A stretch of 64,000 nt of DNA from a virus. Of the stretch, positions 60,943 through 64,000 are shown piece after piece. The translations under genes were made by a program, and so were the position numbers. Each line of letters begins with the position of its first letter. Within the stretch, counting starts at the first letter, position 1. Where the stretch lies: positions 13,182-77,181 of IMG/VR virus record IMGVR_UViG_3300009008_003296. One strand, 5' to 3'. The notes beneath the pieces are model-generated. The model was not told the DNA's origin. It searched no databases and saw nothing but the letters and a program-made list of their open reading frames with translations.

Positions 60943-61698
60943 TTAGGACGCTAGAGACAATTCTCGTTGCGGAGCGATTCCGCACTCTCCATCCATCAGA
61001 CCGTGGAGAGCTTCGGTGCGCTTGGGCAGCGCGTTGAGGTTGCCCTTCAACACCTCGGTAAAGGCGTTGAACATCGACCACGCATTGCGTGGTTTGAACT
61101 CATCGTGATTGGGCGTGCGCCATTGATGCACAATGTCCATCACATGAGTTTTGGTGCAAGCACCTGACAACATCCCGCGAATGATTAGGTCATTCGCTTC
61201 CATGTTGGACAGTTCACGCTCTTTGTAAGCGTCGAATCGCTTCTCTTGGAAGTTCCAATGGTCAGCGAGTTTGCCCAAGGTGCGGGAAACAACTGCGGGA
61301 AGGTCGCGCAAAATATGGCGCGTGTGCTTGCGGGAGAGTTTAACTTCCCCCATGAACGATAGGTTGTCGCAAACGAAAACATTTGCACCAAACACCAACG
61401 AAGCAGGGAAACGCTTGTCGTGCGAGTTACGCACACCCATGACGCTGCCATACTCATTAGCACCATCCTGTCCCAAACGAAACAGGCCGAAGTAACGCCC
61501 ACCGTCATGTGTTAGCGCGTGCGATTCTTCCTTTACCGTGATATTTGCACGGTCAAGGTGACTACGAACCTCCGTGACCAAACGACTGTGCGGTACAGGC
61601 GTCCATGTATCCGTGGGGTCAGGAGTGTGAGATTGCTCCACTTCCCCGTAAGGAACTTGTGAAGCACCGCAATGTAACATTAGTCCAGTCATTGCCAT
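60943..61698 (-). CDS. DUF932 family protein
   Basis: LMLHCG, T.TW.PVPH, GVRNSHD, VFVCDNL, KHT, WSMFNAFTE..K; start MAMTG 10 nt after TATACT. Confidence 0.8.
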   Translation of the reverse strand: MAMTGLMLHCGASQVPYGEVEQSHTPDPTDTWTPVPHSRLVTEVRSHLDRANITVKEESHALTHDGGRYFGLFRLGQDGANEYGSVMGVRNSHDKRFPASLVFGANVFVCDNLSFMGEVKLSRKHTRHILRDLPAVVSRTLGKLADHWNFQEKRFDAYKERELSNMEANDLIIRGMLSGACTKTHVMDIVHQWRTPNHDEFKPRNAWSMFNAFTEVLKGNLNALPKRTEALHGLMDGECGIAPQRELSLAS

Positions 61699-61777
61699 AA
61701 CAGTAAAGAGTATACCATCTGTGCTAGTAATTGCAAGCAAAAAAAACGGTATCGCAAAAAAAACTTTTGGCTTGACA

Positions 61778-61856
61778 CGTAACCCGTTGAGTACCAACGG
61801 TTTACGCGCGGGGGGAGGCCCGCGCCCCCTAACCCCTTGATACTCAAGGACTTAGG
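61778..61856. repeat. Paired 29-bp imperfect palindrome element, copy B
   Basis: CGTAACCCGTTG-AGTAC-CAACGGTTTACG, 21-bp GC spacer, CCTAACCCCTTG-ATACT-CAAGGACTTAGG. Confidence 0.88.
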
Positions 61857-61963
61857 GCTTTCTTGTGTTTGGCCTTGCGTGAATACGCAACCTTGCTCTT
61901 GTGCGGTTGCGATGGCGGCGGCACAGGCTTTCGGATTTTTTTATATGCTTCCAATCTAGTCAC
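61844..61963 (-). CDS. 39-aa basic peptide with ArfA-like C-terminal motif (not in ORF track)
   Basis: GTG start: MTRLEAYKKIRKPVPPPSQPHKSKVAYSRKAKHKKALSP; GTGTAAT motif upstream. Confidence 0.55.
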   Translation of the reverse strand: MTRLEAYKKIRKPVPPPSQPHKSKVAYSRKAKHKKALSP

Positions 61964-61980
61964 TTGTATATTATTACACG

Positions 61981-62015
61981 AAAAAACCCCTGCAGTCAAG
62001 TCTAAACTGCAGGGG
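61981..62015 (-). terminator. Rho-independent terminator
   Basis: CCCCTGCAG-N11-CTGCAGGGG-TTTTTT on minus strand. Confidence 0.8.
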
Positions 62016-62042
62016 CTGCTATGAGAGACGGACTGTGTCCGT

Positions 62043-62261
62043 TTAGCGTGCGCGATAACGCGCGTTGCCTACGCGAGCAGACACGATGCGCTTGCGGCTC
62101 ACCTTACGGTCGAGACCAGTCGAAACATCGTTGAATGTCACATATTGAGGGCTTGCGCCGATGAATTGGGCGCAATAGTCCTTGTTCGTGCTTCCCTCTT
62201 TGAGGGTCAGGGTGGAAAAACGCCCACCCACCTGCGTCAGGAACTTATCCAGTTTGTTCAT
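62043..62261 (-). CDS. hypothetical protein
   Basis: Own promoter TTGACA-N16-TATACT (62298-62271) and terminator. Confidence 0.7.
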   Translation of the reverse strand: MNKLDKFLTQVGGRFSTLTLKEGSTNKDYCAQFIGASPQYVTFNDVSTGLDRKVSRKRIVSARVGNARYRAR

Positions 62262-62368
62262 GCTTTGTATAGTATAACCTTTCTGTTGGATTTGTCAAGC
62301 ATCTTTTTTGAGAATAACGGCCATAACACAAATGGCCCCAGCGAGTATAACAGCAATCAGATACATCC

Positions 62369-63106
62369 TCACTTATGAGTATAACCTTTGATTCCTGCTT
62401 TGTCAAACTTTTTCAATGCCGCCGATGCTTTGCTTCCCTTTGGTTGGGAGCCGTGAACATGGAGCGCAAAATCTTCGCCGCGCTTGTTGTGGATTGCGTG
62501 GCTGTCGTCGTGGTCATGTTCCAAGCCGGAGGCTTTCAATTCGTCGGGGTCAAAAAACACACGCGCAGACTTTTCGCCTATCTCTTCAATCATGTCGTCG
62601 TGTTTGCCGTCCCAGCTTTGAGTGAAGGAAAAATTGTCGGGAATTAAATCCGCGTCTTGGCAAATCTTCAACCATTTCAGGCTCTTCGTGTAAGCGTAGA
62701 ACTTACTGCGCGGATATTTTTTAGCAACTAACAGCCAAGCCTTCATATAGTTTAGAGTCTTGAAATCCCCGCCAATATGGACACGCATAATGCCGCCAAC
62801 TGTTTTGATTGCTTCGGGCAAACTTTCGCAAATCAGGTCAACCATGGATTTGATTGTTTTGGTTGCGTTTAGTAAGTCAAAGTTGTGCCAGCGTTGTCGT
62901 CGGACTGATGGATAACGCGCCTCGTCCATCGCAGCGTAGCAACGATAGTTTTGGTTTGGGCCGTCTTTTATCTTGCCAGTCTCTTTTATTGCGTAGGTCA
63001 AGCAACCAGACGCACCGGGACAAGTATAGCCAGAGGGCAAGGAAAAGTGCCAAATGCCTTTCAGCTTGGCGTTCTCAAATCCGAATCGCAGAAGGTTTTT
63101 CGTCAT
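62369..63106 (-). CDS. GP88-like protein (Cys-containing, radical-SAM-like phage family)
   Basis: N.KL, FSLPSGYTCPGA..C....CYA, RVHIGGDF, FYAYTK. Confidence 0.75.
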   Translation of the reverse strand: MTKNLLRFGFENAKLKGIWHFSLPSGYTCPGASGCLTYAIKETGKIKDGPNQNYRCYAAMDEARYPSVRRQRWHNFDLLNATKTIKSMVDLICESLPEAIKTVGGIMRVHIGGDFKTLNYMKAWLLVAKKYPRSKFYAYTKSLKWLKICQDADLIPDNFSFTQSWDGKHDDMIEEIGEKSARVFFDPDELKASGLEHDHDDSHAIHNKRGEDFALHVHGSQPKGSKASAALKKFDKAGIKGYTHK

Positions 63107-63115
63107 AACAGAATG

Positions 63116-63196
63116 AGTATACCAGACCAGCAGCATTTGTCAAGAAATAAAAAACTTTAAAAAAAACTTGACTTCGCAACGTTTTTGCGCTATAGT
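63116..63196. promoter_or_regulatory. Divergent pair of sigma70-type promoters
   Basis: Minus TTGACA(63143)-N16-TATACT; plus TTGACT(63168)-N17-TATAGT; A-tract between. Confidence 0.8.
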
Positions 63197-63205
63197 TAGA
63201 AAGTT

Positions 63206-63412
63206 ATGAGCAATAAGACTCCCGAAATGGAAGCGGCCCTTGAGGATCTGGGGCAGGTGTTGTTTGGTCGTAGTCGTCAAGTGGCTGCGGACAATCAGTT
63301 GTGCGTTGTGTGTGGTAGCGATGCTAATTTTTTCCGTGATGATCTTTCGCGCAAAGAGTTTAGTATATCACGAATGTGTCAGTCTTGTCAAGACAAAACA
63401 TTCGGAGGGTAA
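63206..63412 (+). CDS. small zinc-binding protein
   Basis: CVVC...FRDDLS.KEF.IS.MCQSCQD..F. Confidence 0.7.
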   Translation: MSNKTPEMEAALEDLGQVLFGRSRQVAADNQLCVVCGSDANFFRDDLSRKEFSISRMCQSCQDKTFGG

Positions 63413-63453
63413 ATAGGTGTGCCCTTAATAGGGGGGCAATTAATGTGCGCCTT

Positions 63454-63532
63454 CGTAAACCCTTGAGTATCAAGGGTTTAGGCCCGGGGGGCTAGGCCGC
63501 GGTCGTAAACCGTTGGTAGTCAAAGAGATACC
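63454..63532. repeat. Paired 29-bp imperfect palindrome element, copy C (inverted relative to A and B)
   Basis: CGTAAACCCTTG-AGTAT-CAAGGGTTTAGG, 21-bp GC spacer, CGTAAACCGTTG-GTAGT-CAAAGAGATACC. Confidence 0.88.
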
Positions 63533-63591
63533 CCCTCCCCATTGCGGGGAGGGGGCGCGTTAGTTATGAGAGAATGCGGAGGGAGGGGAAA

Positions 63592-63819
63592 CTATTCAGA
63601 GATTGTTTGGCGTATCTTCTTCATCTTGCTCTTTAAGAAAGAAACAGCTTCACAGTTTTTGGCATTCGTTTGAATGATGTGAGACAGACTATATTCTATC
63701 TTGCGCGTCAGGTCTTGACGCAATGCATCCAATTTGTTTGCATCTGCTCGCTTAACTGCGCGAGTCTTCTTTACTGCCTTCTTCTTATCAGCCTTCTGTT
63801 TCAAATGTTTAGTCTTCAC
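63592..63819 (-). CDS. hypothetical basic protein
   Basis: 75-aa ORF between putative ncRNA and hairpin 63531-63555. Confidence 0.55.
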   Translation of the reverse strand: MKTKHLKQKADKKKAVKKTRAVKRADANKLDALRQDLTRKIEYSLSHIIQTNAKNCEAVSFLKSKMKKIRQTISE

Positions 63820-63834
63820 TTTTTTAAAATAAAA

Positions 63835-63999
63835 TGGTGGCGGGAGTATTTGTGTACCCGCACCTTTTCAGTACCCAAGAAACAAATGTTTCAGATCTAC
63901 CTACTTCGGACTCACCCGCGATTTTCCTCTGCCACTAGGCCGTTGTACTTCTCGCAGTCGCTGCATTATCCCCGTGGGAGGGATTATTCTGCCACACCG
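63835..63999 (-). ncRNA. 3' part of a structured non-coding RNA (possibly manA-like), truncated by window end
   Basis: No credible ORF; multiple hairpins (ATCCC/GGGAT, GAAACA/TGTTTC, GAAA-capped stem); ends CCGCCACCA then T run. Confidence 0.5.
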
Positions 64000-64000
64000 A

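Noticed and set aside
61699-61797. 33-aa hydrophobic N-terminal extension of the DUF932 ORF (apparent signal peptide)
   Set aside because: It is translation through the promoter and A-tract; the real start is likely 61698. The same applies to track starts 63136, 60183, 58348 and 57659
60801-63532. CRISPR array interpretation of the 29-bp palindromic repeats
   Set aside because: Only pairs, repeats are degenerate, spacers are 20-21 bp of similar GC-rich sequence, and pairs are kilobases apart
63835-63999. tRNA or tmRNA call from the CCACCA end
   Set aside because: No GGTTCRA T-loop or cloverleaf; kept only as a generic ncRNA candidate
1-63999. Stop-codon reassignment or eukaryotic giant virus origin
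   Set aside because: Long ORFs are intact in code 11 with TAA, TAG and TGA all used as stops; sigma70 promoters, rII and spanin-like genes indicate a bacteriophage

Overview
A 64 kb segment of a large, probably lytic dsDNA bacteriophage read in standard code 11. Phage indicators are rIIA/rIIB, spanin-like and holin-like genes, a tRNA, and GP88-like and DUF932 genes; there are no ribosomal or housekeeping operons. Almost all genes up to ~60.7 kb are on the + strand, then orientation becomes mixed. Layout: (1) 1-18 kb, nucleotide metabolism and a bacterial-type replisome: gmd end, class II RNR, RecA/UvsX, DnaB, primase, RecB/Cas4-like nuclease, DnaE split into PHP and core genes, DnaQ-like exonuclease, ClpA/C ATPase, tRNA-Thr plus HNH. 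(2) 18-27 kb: holin-like gene, two ATGP-repeat proteins, a Whirly-like protein with an SSB-type tail, a tubulin/FtsZ-family GTPase, a Rad52-like annealase, dCMP deaminase. (3) 21-42 kb, a glycosylation island: two AAH/TibC-like heptosyltransferases, a five-domain 1534-aa glycosyltransferase, carbamoyltransferase, ColD-like dehydratase, FkbM methyltransferase. (4) 42-60 kb: spanins, rIIA/B, many small genes behind sigma70-type promoters, repair genes. (5) 60.7-64 kb: short transcription units punctuated by three copies of a paired 29-bp palindrome element, ending in a probable structured ncRNA. The most notable unexplained signals are the paired palindromes, the phage heptosylation/glycan system, the Whirly-like SSB, near-leaderless transcripts and a GTGTAWW start-proximal motif. 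All family assignments come from motif recognition by eye; no searches were run.
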